Virus record (IMG/VR): IMGVR_UViG_3300027889_000001 | Source: a virus | DNA length: 64,000 nucleotides | Direction: 5' to 3' (one strand) | In this document: positions 43,462 through 52,206 of the stretch, piece by piece | Numbering within the stretch: the stretch's first letter is position 1 | Layout of the letters: each line of letters starts with the position of its first letter | Translations under genes and position numbers: made by a program | Notes under the pieces: model-generated | Database searches by the model: none | What the model was told of the DNA's origin: nothing | What the model saw: only the letters and a program-made list of their open reading frames with translations

Positions 43462-44628
43462 ATGCAAGCATCAAATATACCGTCCTACAAATGGCTGTAC
43501 GTTTGGGCTATTGGAACGACCAGCAGCTACATCAACCTCATTCCTGAAACAAACGTCAATCCGAATGAGGCATCGCAGTATCTTGGATTTCCACCCAACA
43601 CGTTTGTGGCGACCGGCGCGGGCGGTGAACCGCCATCCGGCAAGGATTTCAATGGTGCATACCAGATGGTCACAGCCTGGGAGCAGTGGTATCAGGCGGG
43701 TGGTATTTTCATTCCCTTCGATGGCGGATTTTCGACACAGATCGGCGGATACCCGGCTGGCGCAGCCCTGCAATCCGAGTCCGGTCCCGGCCTGCTTTGG
43801 GTCAACAGTGTCGACAACAACACAAACGATCCCGACAGCAACGAAGGCGGGTGGAATGCGGTTACATTACTTCCCTTGTTTGGCCCCGATACGGGAACGG
43901 CAAATGCCGTTGTTGTGACACTTTCGACTAATTTCTCCAACTTGTCGGATTTCAATGGTCGACTGATTACAATTCACAAAGGTTCTTCAGTAAACACTGG
44001 CCCCGTAACGATTACATTAAACAGCTTTCCAACGAAGCCTTTAGCTCATTCGGATGGTTCTGCGATTGGCGCCAACGAATTACCAGCCAACGCTTATTTC
44101 ACGGTAGTCTGGGATAATGGATTGGGTATATTCGAGCTTCAGAGTCTTGGTTATAAACTGGGCACCGCAGCTACTAAATTCTCATCAAGTCTAGTCGATA
44201 CTATTGTTTCATCCGTAACAGGTGTCCCCGTTACGAGTGGAAACATTCCAGTATTCTCGGATACGAATGGTACGGTTTCGGACTCGGGAGTTGCGGCGGC
44301 ATCTCTTGCAAGCGGGTTGGTGGTTGCTTGGGCGATCACCGATGGTTCGACCATCTTTGCCAATTTGAACATCAATAGCATATCGAATTCAGGAACCGGC
44401 GTCTATGTCGTTGGCCTTGCCATAGCGCCCGCGCATGGCGGCGCGATCTTCTATTCTTCGGGAAGCGGTGGCGGGTCCGCCGTTTGGGGTGGCTCAGGCA
44501 ATGGTAGTACAAGTCCCGATATTACCGCCAACACATTCACGCTCACAACAAACAATGCTGGCGGATCGGGCGGGCAGCGCGCCAACATTGCATCGGCAGG
44601 CGTCTTGATCGTGTTTGGTACACCTTGA
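43462..44628 (+). CDS. tail fibre protein
   Basis: 388 aa with the N-terminal fibre-type motif GEPPSGKDFNGAYQMVTAWEQW...IGGYPAGAAL. No signal peptide. Confidence 0.6.
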   Translation: MQASNIPSYKWLYVWAIGTTSSYINLIPETNVNPNEASQYLGFPPNTFVATGAGGEPPSGKDFNGAYQMVTAWEQWYQAGGIFIPFDGGFSTQIGGYPAGAALQSESGPGLLWVNSVDNNTNDPDSNEGGWNAVTLLPLFGPDTGTANAVVVTLSTNFSNLSDFNGRLITIHKGSSVNTGPVTITLNSFPTKPLAHSDGSAIGANELPANAYFTVVWDNGLGIFELQSLGYKLGTAATKFSSSLVDTIVSSVTGVPVTSGNIPVFSDTNGTVSDSGVAAASLASGLVVAWAITDGSTIFANLNINSISNSGTGVYVVGLAIAPAHGGAIFYSSGSGGGSAVWGGSGNGSTSPDITANTFTLTTNNAGGSGGQRANIASAGVLIVFGTP

Positions 44629-44639
44629 AAGAACACCGG

Positions 44640-45233
44640 ATGAAACAGCTAAAGTACGCATTACTGACCGGCATGGCATTGCTCCTTTGCTGGCTTTCCG
44701 ATCCAGCACACGCACAGTCGTCAACTAACGCTTGCGCAGGCATTTTTTACTACGGCAATGTTCTTACAGCCGGGCAATGGCAAGCGTGTATCGCGTCACT
44801 ACAACCCGCGCTCAATTATACGCCGGTCAACAAAGCCGGCGATTATATGACCGGTCCTTTGGCTATAACGCACATCAACGGCGGTTCCGGCAAGCCCACG
44901 GTTGCGGCGGGGACGGGTGCAGGAACAAGCCCCACCGTTACAATTCCAAACGGCTTCGATTCCGATTTCACACTGTCGGTCGTAACCGGCACATCGCCAA
45001 CAGGTTCCAATACCATTGTGGGAACGGTTACATTCTCGGCATCCTATGTGACTAATCCGCCGCTTTGTACCTTGACGCCATCCAGCGCCACCGCAGCCGC
45101 GTTAAACGGCGCTACGCAAGTTTATTTGAACTACATATCCGGACCACCGTATCCGTCCGAGATCATGTATTCGGGATCGTCCGCGCTGGCGGGATCGACT
45201 ACTTACACATGGACCGTTCACTGTTTCGGCTAA
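44640..45233 (+). CDS. fibre-like protein with Sec-type signal peptide
   Basis: N-terminus MKQLKYALLTGMALLLCWLSDPAHA|Q, fibre motif YTPVNKAGDYMTGPL, and 6 Cys. The alternative start is TTG 44625. Confidence 0.55.
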   Translation: MKQLKYALLTGMALLLCWLSDPAHAQSSTNACAGIFYYGNVLTAGQWQACIASLQPALNYTPVNKAGDYMTGPLAITHINGGSGKPTVAAGTGAGTSPTVTIPNGFDSDFTLSVVTGTSPTGSNTIVGTVTFSASYVTNPPLCTLTPSSATAAALNGATQVYLNYISGPPYPSEIMYSGSSALAGSTTYTWTVHCFG

Positions 45234-45246
45234 AGGAGCGCCACGC

Positions 45247-47460
45247 ATGAAGCGTCTACTCTACCTTCTCTGGCTTGTTGCCGGCGCAGCATTTGCACAA
45301 CCCCCTGCTCCGCAGGGAACGTCTGTTGTGCAGGGCAGTATTGTGTTGTCTGTTACCATTGCCGGCGAAAACGCCGCATTGCCGGTAACACCGGGCGCAA
45401 GTTCTGCGGCGTTAACTTACTACAACGCCGGTTCCAAGACTGCATATTGCACGCCAGTAGCAACAAGCGGAGGATTGGCAACAACTTCATCGAAGGCTGT
45501 TCTTGCGGGCACGTCTTGGACTGAGTGGAATACGAACTATTATGCCTATATTTCGTGCATAACTGGCGGTTCGGATAGTACGACTGTTTACGTGTATCAG
45601 GCCAACGGGCCGATTCAATTCGCCGTGATTGGGTCAGGTAGCGGCGGCCCAAGCGTTACCTGGCCACCCAGTGGTGATGCAGTTATATCGACTGCCAGCA
45701 ATTCACCAAGTGGTGTTGCGGAAGTTGATGGTGACTGCCTGCTTGGTTCCGGGGGTGTTTGGACAGCCGGTTCCTGTAGCTCGGCTGGGGTATCGAGTTT
45801 CAATACTCGTACCGGGGCTGTAACGCTTCTTAACACTGATCTTTCAGGTGCAGGAGGGTTACTTGCTGCAAACAACCTTTCCGATGTAGCAAATGGCTAC
45901 ACAGCTCTTGGAAATCTCCATGTCAGTTTGACTAGCGCCAAGACATTCACGATCACAAATTCTCTCACACTGGCCGGGACCGATGGTTCGACGCTGAACA
46001 TCGGAACAGGCGGAACGCTGGGATCGAATGCCTTCACCAGCACGGCGTATGCGCCTCTGGCATCACCTGCACTGACCGGCATTCCTACGGCCCCAACTGC
46101 TGCCGCTAACACAAATACGACACAGCTTGCGACAACTGCCTTTGTAATTGGGCAGGGCTACGGAACCGGCAACGCGCTATTCGGTACAACGACCGGCAAC
46201 ACGACAAATGATGTCATGTGCATGTCGAATACGACTGTCGGCGTGAAGGACTGCGAGACAGCACTTTCCGCTCTGGCGCTTCTCGCCAGCCCGACGTTTA
46301 CTGGCACGCCATTAGCTCCGACCGCCGCAGTAAATACAAATACGACGCAAATTGCTACCACAGCCTTCGTGATCGGCCAAGGCTATGGCACTGGCAATGG
46401 AAACGCGATTTTTGGCACGATAACAGGTAACACAAATAATGACGCCGTTTGCATGTCGAACACGACGGTCGGAGTGAAAGATTGCGGTTCGGCGCTTGGA
46501 ACTGCCGCAGCACAGAATACGGGGACATCCGGTGCGACGATCCCCTTGCTTAATGGCACGAATACATGGTCTGCCGTGCAGAGTATCAATTCCGGCGATC
46601 TCTCGTTGAAGGGTGCGACATCGGGAACTATTACACTCAACGCCGCAGCAACTGCCGGGTCAAATACGATGACGATACCGGCGAATACATCGACGTTGAT
46701 GTGTGTGGCGTGCGTGCAGACGCTAACGGCTGCGCTCACATTCGACGATGGCACTATTGCTGCCGCGTCAGGCTTCACGTTCGGGGCTGCTGTTGCCATG
46801 GGCGGATTCAACATAACGGGCGGCAATAACATCCTGTCGAATAATAATGCCGGTTATGGCATCAACGGTGGCAGTTGTATCACTTCCGCCACCACACTCT
46901 GTATACAGGTGGACAAGGCGCAGAACGCTGGCATAGGGACGCACGGAGTAGCTGGCGACGCATCAATTATCACCGGCACTGCTTCTGCTGCTGAGCAGAT
47001 GTATTGGGGGACCGGTACATGGTTTGCCCCCGGCATCACGCCGGGGTCTTCGGCACAGACTGGCGATGTTTGTTATAATACGACAGGTCTGCAAATCTTC
47101 TTGGAAAGCGTATCCTGCCTCGTGTCGCTTGAGGACGATAAGGACATCGCAGGGGATATCAATCCTGCGATAGCTTTGTCTGAGATTATGCGCATGAATC
47201 CGTTCTATTTCACGTTCAATCAATCGAAACATCCGACTGCGGATACTGAGATGCAAGCCGGTCTAGGTGCGCGGAATTTGCACAGCATTGATGCACGTCT
47301 GACATTTTCCGATCACGGGAAGTTGCAGGGTGTCCGCGATAAGGCTGTTGAAGCCGTCCTTGTTGCGGCACTACAAGCACAGCAGGAAGAAATTGACGGT
47401 TTGGTTGTGGTTGTGATATTGCTTGTGGGGTGGAACGTTTATTTGACGGTGCGAAAATGA
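45247..47460 (+). CDS. tail fibre with signal peptide, tandem 75-aa repeats, S74-type intramolecular chaperone and C-terminal TM helix
   Basis: N-terminus MKRLLYLLWLVAGAAFA|Q. Repeats at 46060-46284 and 46285-46515 (SP..TG.P.APTA..NTNTTQ.ATTAFV). Ser/Lys dyad in VS-LEDDK (Ser codon 47125-47127). C-terminus GLVVVVILLVGWNVYLTVRK. Confidence 0.7.
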   Translation: MKRLLYLLWLVAGAAFAQPPAPQGTSVVQGSIVLSVTIAGENAALPVTPGASSAALTYYNAGSKTAYCTPVATSGGLATTSSKAVLAGTSWTEWNTNYYAYISCITGGSDSTTVYVYQANGPIQFAVIGSGSGGPSVTWPPSGDAVISTASNSPSGVAEVDGDCLLGSGGVWTAGSCSSAGVSSFNTRTGAVTLLNTDLSGAGGLLAANNLSDVANGYTALGNLHVSLTSAKTFTITNSLTLAGTDGSTLNIGTGGTLGSNAFTSTAYAPLASPALTGIPTAPTAAANTNTTQLATTAFVIGQGYGTGNALFGTTTGNTTNDVMCMSNTTVGVKDCETALSALALLASPTFTGTPLAPTAAVNTNTTQIATTAFVIGQGYGTGNGNAIFGTITGNTNNDAVCMSNTTVGVKDCGSALGTAAAQNTGTSGATIPLLNGTNTWSAVQSINSGDLSLKGATSGTITLNAAATAGSNTMTIPANTSTLMCVACVQTLTAALTFDDGTIAAASGFTFGAAVAMGGFNITGGNNILSNNNAGYGINGGSCITSATTLCIQVDKAQNAGIGTHGVAGDASIITGTASAAEQMYWGTGTWFAPGITPGSSAQTGDVCYNTTGLQIFLESVSCLVSLEDDKDIAGDINPAIALSEIMRMNPFYFTFNQSKHPTADTEMQAGLGARNLHSIDARLTFSDHGKLQGVRDKAVEAVLVAALQAQQEEIDGLVVVVILLVGWNVYLTVRK

Positions 47461-47930
47461 ACTTCTACACCGACGTAATCCAGAAACACCCCCTGTACCA
47501 TTCGCCCAACCGATGCGCGGCGTTAGGGCTGCTGGAGCCTATCATGCGGCAAGCCGTGCAACGGTTCATGGCGGCATCGCCTGTGCCGTTGATGGTATTT
47601 GAAACCTACCGAAGCTCGGAACGTCAAATAGCCCTGTTCAACGCCAAGGCTACCGAACTGCGAACGGTTGGTGTGCACCATTACGGACTAGCCTGCGATC
47701 TGGTCAAAGTCGTCAACGGCCAACCGTCATGGAAAGGTGATTTTTCGTTCTTTGCTCCGCTGGCGAAGGAAATGGGGCTCATTTCCGGTCTGAATTGGGG
47801 ACAGCCGGACTCGCACCATTCGTTTATCGATTCCGATCACGTCCAAAGAATTACGGTTGCGCGGCAGGTTGCTTTGTTTGCCGGAACATGGTATCCGGAC
47901 GACGCATACGATCCCTATAAGGATGGATAG
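47457..47930 (+). CDS. endolysin, peptidase M15 (VanY / L-Ala-D-Glu peptidase type)
   Basis: Start set at ATG 47457 (ATGA overlap). Contains ETYRSSERQIALFN, VGVHHYGLACDL and DSDHVQ. Confidence 0.75.
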   Translation: MNFYTDVIQKHPLYHSPNRCAALGLLEPIMRQAVQRFMAASPVPLMVFETYRSSERQIALFNAKATELRTVGVHHYGLACDLVKVVNGQPSWKGDFSFFAPLAKEMGLISGLNWGQPDSHHSFIDSDHVQRITVARQVALFAGTWYPDDAYDPYKDG

Positions 47931-47956
47931 CGCCATCAAACAAGGAGACCCATGTA

Positions 47957-48271
47957 ATGACAAATGTTAATCAGATTATTGGTGGTACGCTCAAGAGCGG
48001 TGCCATCAGCAACTTCGGACAGTTGGTAGTCGAACTGAGTTCGGACGCCGTTGGCCTTGCCGATCAGGAAGCGCAGGACTTCGACAACGCGCTGGATACC
48101 TTGACGGAAAAAATCGAAGCCGGCGAAGCGCCGTCGCAGGCATGGAGCGAAGTTTGGGGTCCGTATGAAGCTAAAGCTCGCTCCGATGCGTGGAAGGCCG
48201 CCATGGGCGCATTGAAGCAATGCGTTTCCGCGTTCGATACCTTCGTCAACGCGCTTGGGAGCATGTTGTAA
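47957..48271 (+). CDS. hypothetical protein (accessory island)
   Basis: 104 aa with an AAGGAGA RBS. Confidence 0.55.
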   Translation: MTNVNQIIGGTLKSGAISNFGQLVVELSSDAVGLADQEAQDFDNALDTLTEKIEAGEAPSQAWSEVWGPYEAKARSDAWKAAMGALKQCVSAFDTFVNALGSML

Positions 48272-48576
48272 TGCCTAACCCCGACCAAATCGCAGAACAG
48301 CTTGCCGCGCAAAGCGCCGCCGCACTTCCGAAGTGGAAATGCCACAAGGAAGTGTGGGCGGCGAAGATAACGGACCAGATGCCGGCCGGAATTGGGTCCG
48401 CAGGTCTTGGCGCATGGACGCTGGACAATGGCGGCTATGTCACCGTTTCAGAAGCCCTTCGCGCACGCGTTCCGTCCGGCACCAGCCCCGTCGGTGGCTA
48501 CTACGTCCGCTATGCTGACGGCTTCGAAAGCTGGTCGCCGGCCAAGGCATTCGAGGAAGGATACACGAGGCTATGA
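48271..48576 (+). CDS. hypothetical protein (accessory island)
   Basis: Start moved to ATG 48271 (TAATG overlap). Ends in ...VGGYYVRYADGFESWSPAKAFEEGYTRL. Confidence 0.55.
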   Translation: MPNPDQIAEQLAAQSAAALPKWKCHKEVWAAKITDQMPAGIGSAGLGAWTLDNGGYVTVSEALRARVPSGTSPVGGYYVRYADGFESWSPAKAFEEGYTRL

Positions 48577-48848
48577 CGGACATTCAAGAAATCGGCTGGG
48601 CCGTGAAGCAGATGCGAAATGGCTCCAAGGTGCAGCGCGCGGGATGGAACGGGAAGGGGATGTTTCTCTATCTCGTCCCGGCCAACTCCTACGCAGCGCA
48701 GACAGGTGCCGCGAAGGGCTATTGGGGCGAAAATGCTCTTGTGCCCTACGGCGCCTATGTCGCCATGAAAACCGCGCAGGAAAACGTCGTCCCGTGGCTT
48801 TGCTCACAGACCGACTTGCTTGCGACCGATTGGGAAGTCGCGGAGTGA
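48573..48848 (+). CDS. tad2: DUF2829-family protein (Tad2-like candidate anti-Thoeris signal sponge)
   Basis: 91 aa. IGWAVKQMRNGSKVQRAGWNGKGMFLYL...YVAMKTAQENVVPWLCSQTDLLATDWEV matches the DUF2829 pattern (W..A...G..v.R.gW.gkg....... pW..sq.DlLa.DWe). Confidence 0.6.
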   Translation: MTDIQEIGWAVKQMRNGSKVQRAGWNGKGMFLYLVPANSYAAQTGAAKGYWGENALVPYGAYVAMKTAQENVVPWLCSQTDLLATDWEVAE

Positions 48849-49129
48849 CCAGCGTGACCTATTCATTCGAAGTTACGGCCGCGACCAAGGCCGAAGCGAA
48901 GCAGAAAATCGCCAAGGAATTCGACAACGTGGTTGCATACCAGCCTATCCATGCCGCCGACCGTGCGCCGGCTCAGGCTGCTGGCGAGGCGTTCATTGAT
49001 GCATTGATTGACCCGCCTGATGGGCAGGAAATCTATGTGAACATTTACGGTTCTGTGGGCTGTCGCGGCGAAAAAGACATTACCGGCGCGAATGTGTCGG
49101 TGAGAGCATTGCTGACTCCGAAGCGATAA
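48845..49129 (+). CDS. hypothetical protein (accessory island)
   Basis: Start moved to GTG 48845 (GTGA overlap). The longer track ORF is R/S/A-rich and overlaps three genes. Confidence 0.5.
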   Translation: MTSVTYSFEVTAATKAEAKQKIAKEFDNVVAYQPIHAADRAPAQAAGEAFIDALIDPPDGQEIYVNIYGSVGCRGEKDITGANVSVRALLTPKR

Positions 49130-49135
49130 CGAGAT

Positions 49136-49210
49136 CACCATCCCGATTCTCCCCCTGAGAATGACTACGGCGCGCGGTCGGGATGGTGTATGTTCATTGA
49201 GCCGCGCGCC
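49136..49210 (+). other. pseudoknot-capable structured leader upstream of the holin gene
   Basis: Stem 1: 49136-49146 with 49178-49188 (11 bp). Stem 2: 49169-49177 with 49202-49210 (9 bp, all G:C). Nested hairpin: 49147-49151 with 49157-49161. Confidence 0.45.
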
Positions 49211-49230
49211 GGTTCTCATTTGGAGCAAAC

Positions 49231-49614
49231 ATGGGTAATTCCGCAAACCCCGCAATGGACGGCGTGTTTTCGGCTGTACGGTCGTTATTGATCGGCATCG
49301 GCCTTGCACTTGCGGCCAACGGGGTAGCAACAAATTCTCCGGTGTACAGGGGGGTACAGATCGCGGCGGGCAGCATCATGTTTATTGGCCCTGCAGGGTG
49401 GTCGCTGTATTTAGCCATCACGCACGCCTTGACGCAACGCAAGGCGGTTGCGGTTGGTGTTCAAGCGGGTATCAACCTTGTCGTAGCAGGGCAGGCGCTT
49501 ACGAATGGCGGCAAGTTGATTCAAATTGCCAACCCGGACGCAACACCTCCGAAACCTGTTACGGAATACTCCGCCCAACAAATCGTGCGCAACTTTGCTC
49601 CCCCGGCGAAGTAA
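49231..49614 (+). CDS. putative holin (three hydrophobic helices)
   Basis: 127 aa with a GGAG RBS. Lies directly upstream of the spanin pair. Confidence 0.45.
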   Translation: MGNSANPAMDGVFSAVRSLLIGIGLALAANGVATNSPVYRGVQIAAGSIMFIGPAGWSLYLAITHALTQRKAVAVGVQAGINLVVAGQALTNGGKLIQIANPDATPPKPVTEYSAQQIVRNFAPPAK

Positions 49615-49615
49615 T

Positions 49616-49822
49616 ATGCTTGCTTTCCTCGCATGGCTCTGGAACCTGATCACCGGACGCGACCAGCAAGCCACATCCGATCAAGCACTAGGCCGCTCCG
49701 AGCAGGCGCAAGCCGATGCAACCGTAGCCGCGCAAGCGGAAGCGCGCATAGCAGCGTCCGAGGCTCAAGGGCCAAGAAATATCGACGAAGCAATTCAGCG
49801 GGCGAAGGATGGGACGATATGA
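49616..49822 (+). CDS. putative i-spanin
   Basis: Start at ATG 49616: MLAFLAWLWNLITG followed by a Q/A/E-rich helix. Confidence 0.4.
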   Translation: MLAFLAWLWNLITGRDQQATSDQALGRSEQAQADATVAAQAEARIAASEAQGPRNIDEAIQRAKDGTI

Positions 49823-50082
49823 AACGCGAGACAGTTTTTGCGACTCTTCCGGTCATTTATCTGTGTGCAGCTTTTGCAGCGGCTTGCGCCAGCGCCCCGA
49901 CAGCCGCGATTCCTTCCGCCCCCTTGTGCTTGCCGGTTCCGGCGTATAGCAGCGCCCAGCAAGCCGCGCTGGCGCAGGAATGGACCGCGTTGGCGCACGA
50001 GCACCCGGCATGGGTTACAGTGCAGGCATTCATTCCCGATGCAGTGCGTTTGCGCGATGCGGCGCGTGCTGCTTGCAAGTAA
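49819..50082 (+). CDS. putative o-spanin (lipoprotein)
   Basis: Start at ATG 49819 (ATGA overlap). N-terminus MKRETVFATLPVIYLCAAFAAAC has a lipobox-like end, and the mature part is Pro-rich. Confidence 0.45.
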   Translation: MKRETVFATLPVIYLCAAFAAACASAPTAAIPSAPLCLPVPAYSSAQQAALAQEWTALAHEHPAWVTVQAFIPDAVRLRDAARAACK

Positions 50083-50137
50083 CATCTATGGCCACGCTGC
50101 GGCGGCAATGGTAATAGGCACGGCGTAGGAGATCGAA

Positions 50138-50323
50138 ATGAGCGACGTGAATTCGACTGCGGCGATAATCATCAACCGAGGCCGCCGATACCCGCACGGG
50201 TTCAACCATTATGACGATGGTTGGAACGCTTTCGTTGACGGTAAACCTTTTGTCGCCGTGGGGGTGTCATGGCGAGATGGGTGGAAAGACGCTTGCGAAG
50301 CGAAAGCTGTAGACAAGATTTAG
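50138..50323 (+). CDS. hypothetical protein
   Basis: 61 aa with an AGGAGA RBS. Confidence 0.5.
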   Translation: MSDVNSTAAIIINRGRRYPHGFNHYDDGWNAFVDGKPFVAVGVSWRDGWKDACEAKAVDKI

Positions 50324-50340
50324 CCCTCGTGAGGAACGAC

Positions 50341-50637
50341 ATGGAAAACGATTGCAAGGCTTCCGAAATCAAAAGGCTCACGACCGAACTGGAGCGCGCC
50401 TACCGCTGCATTCAGGGGCTTTACCATGCCGCCGGTGATGGTGCGCACGTCCCGGACAACATCAAGACATATCACTGCATGACCATCGGCGCGGCGAAGA
50501 GGTTCGTTTTCGACGAATCGTTGGACGGTGCGGAATACTTTCTCGGCAGGCAACTTGACGTTCTCCATGCTGCGCTTCGCCTGCCTGCCGGTCGGAAAGA
50601 GCCTGCGGATGAACACGCCGAAGCGCCGGCAGCGTAG
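50341..50637 (+). CDS. hypothetical protein
   Basis: Start at ATG 50341 with a GAGGAA RBS. Confidence 0.5.
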   Translation: MENDCKASEIKRLTTELERAYRCIQGLYHAAGDGAHVPDNIKTYHCMTIGAAKRFVFDESLDGAEYFLGRQLDVLHAALRLPAGRKEPADEHAEAPAA

Positions 50638-50655
50638 ACGAACCGTGGGGCGGCG

Positions 50656-50997
50656 ATGGCTGAAGACACACCCTTCAATGCCGTAGCGGCCAGTCACGCG
50701 GCTGACCATCAGCCACCGTTGCCACCGACCACGACGCGGGAAGAGGATATTGTTACAGCAGGGCAGCGCAAGATCAATCTGATTTGGGAGTACACGCAAG
50801 CGGTAATTTCGATTGTCGTGGTCCTGTCAAACATGGTTGTTGCCGTCTGGAACGGTATCATGGGGAGGCCCATCGAGGTTCCGGTCGTGCTGTCTTCGTC
50901 GCTCTTTTTGATAGTCGGATTCTATTTTAGCCGGACTAATCACGCGGCCATCGGCGGTGTTGGGCAAAAGCCGGAAGGCGTGTATACGGGGCGATGA
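50656..50997 (+). CDS. membrane protein (two TM helices)
   Basis: 113 aa with AVISIVVVLSNMVVAVWNGIM and VVLSSSLFLIVGFYF. Confidence 0.55.
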   Translation: MAEDTPFNAVAASHAADHQPPLPPTTTREEDIVTAGQRKINLIWEYTQAVISIVVVLSNMVVAVWNGIMGRPIEVPVVLSSSLFLIVGFYFSRTNHAAIGGVGQKPEGVYTGR

Positions 50998-51000
50998 TTC

Positions 51001-51159
51001 ATGGCGCACGATAACGGTTCGCGGAGTACACATGATGAACTTGTGGCATTGCGAAACCGCGTGCGGCTGCTAGAGGATGCTTTTAGCGACTTCAAGCGGC
51101 AGGTTGAACACGATGTGCAAGACATCAAGAATCGGCTTCAACATATTACATCGGAGTAG
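51001..51159 (+). CDS. small coiled-coil protein (52 aa, below track cut-off)
   Basis: My translation gives MAHDNGSRSTHDELVALRNRVRLLEDAFSDFKRQVEHDVQDIKNRLQHITSE. It fills the gap between neighbouring ORFs exactly. Confidence 0.4.
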   Translation: MAHDNGSRSTHDELVALRNRVRLLEDAFSDFKRQVEHDVQDIKNRLQHITSE

Positions 51160-51161
51160 GT

Positions 51162-51551
51162 ATGCCGGATCAGGGGGACGCTTGCGATCAGTGGGCGCGC
51201 GGCAAAGCCGCCGAAGCATTGCAGGCCGCACAATCGCTAGGCCGGGAGATGGAGATACGGTTCGAGAATATCGACCAGCGCCTTCACGATTTCGCCGCTG
51301 CTACCAGTGAAAGCGAAACGCGAACCAACAAGAGTCAAACCGATGGTGAGAACCGCTTGAAGACCGAGATGGGTGCAATCGAAATCCGGCTCCTGGCCGC
51401 AATCGGCAAGATTGAAACTGCCATGAATACGCAGAGTGCTACCTATAGCAACAGGTTTTGGGATACAACGACCAAGATTATTGTAGGGCTAGTGGGTGTG
51501 CTGTGGGCAATCGCTTTTGCCTATGTTGGTTCAGGGCAGGCGCACCATTGA
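51162..51551 (+). CDS. coiled-coil protein with C-terminal TM anchor
   Basis: 129 aa with C-terminal TKIIVGLVGVLWAIAFAYVG. Confidence 0.55.
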   Translation: MPDQGDACDQWARGKAAEALQAAQSLGREMEIRFENIDQRLHDFAAATSESETRTNKSQTDGENRLKTEMGAIEIRLLAAIGKIETAMNTQSATYSNRFWDTTTKIIVGLVGVLWAIAFAYVGSGQAHH

Positions 51552-51552
51552 A

Positions 51553-51876
51553 ATGGCGGACACCCATAACAGCCAATCGAGTTCGTCGGCATACGCGGCC
51601 CCAACCTTTTATTTTACCACGCCGCCGGAAGCTGTGAACCGAATCCTGGGAACGCTGATCGGCGCCATGTGGGTTTCCGGAGCTGCGGTGTTTATTTCGT
51701 TGCTGGTGGGGCTTGGCTGTTATATCAAAATAGCCGATCTTGATAAGTTGTACCAAAAGGAAAACATGAACTTCGGACTTTGGGTTGATTACACCAACGA
51801 GCTAAAGGGCGAACTCGTTGCGCATGGAATCCCAACCCCGCCCAACCCATGTACTAGCAAAGGAGCGTGTCCTTAG
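51553..51876 (+). CDS. membrane protein
   Basis: Start at ATG 51553, with the TM helix ILGTLIGAMWVSGAAVFISLLVGLGCYI. Confidence 0.5.
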   Translation: MADTHNSQSSSSAYAAPTFYFTTPPEAVNRILGTLIGAMWVSGAAVFISLLVGLGCYIKIADLDKLYQKENMNFGLWVDYTNELKGELVAHGIPTPPNPCTSKGACP

Positions 51877-52194
51877 ATGGCCCACCACATCATCATTATC
51901 AAACACCCAAGCGGCACACAGCAATACAGCGCCAGCGGATCGGACATGGATACCATGATCGCTGCCGTCACTGCCTCTTCGGAAGCGCCATCTTACTTAG
52001 CCCCTGCGCTTACCTGGACCGAGTATGGCACTGGCTCTACACCGTCTAGCACCGGCTCGCAAATCACATGGACAAATAACGATTTGTCGCTCGAATGGGA
52101 AACCGATACGTCGGACTTGTCCTCGGTCGTTTCCGCCTTGAATGCATCCGGCGATACGGCGCTTGCCAACTCATTGCAGGCTCTACTTAACTAA
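51877..52194 (+). CDS. hypothetical protein
   Basis: 105 aa with a TAG-ATG junction. Confidence 0.5.
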   Translation: MAHHIIIIKHPSGTQQYSASGSDMDTMIAAVTASSEAPSYLAPALTWTEYGTGSTPSSTGSQITWTNNDLSLEWETDTSDLSSVVSALNASGDTALANSLQALLN

Positions 52195-52206
52195 GGAGTC
52201 CCCACC

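Noticed and set aside
46060-46515. Tandem 225-nt repeats in the fibre gene as a DGR template/variable-repeat pair.
   Set aside because: No reverse transcriptase is present in the window. Both copies are in-frame parts of the same ORF, and the differences are of all substitution types rather than adenine-specific.
48392-49129. 245-aa track ORF spanning the accessory island.
   Set aside because: Only the last 94 codons look like protein. The upstream part overlaps three coupled genes in another frame. GTG 48845 forms a GTGA junction with the DUF2829 gene stop.
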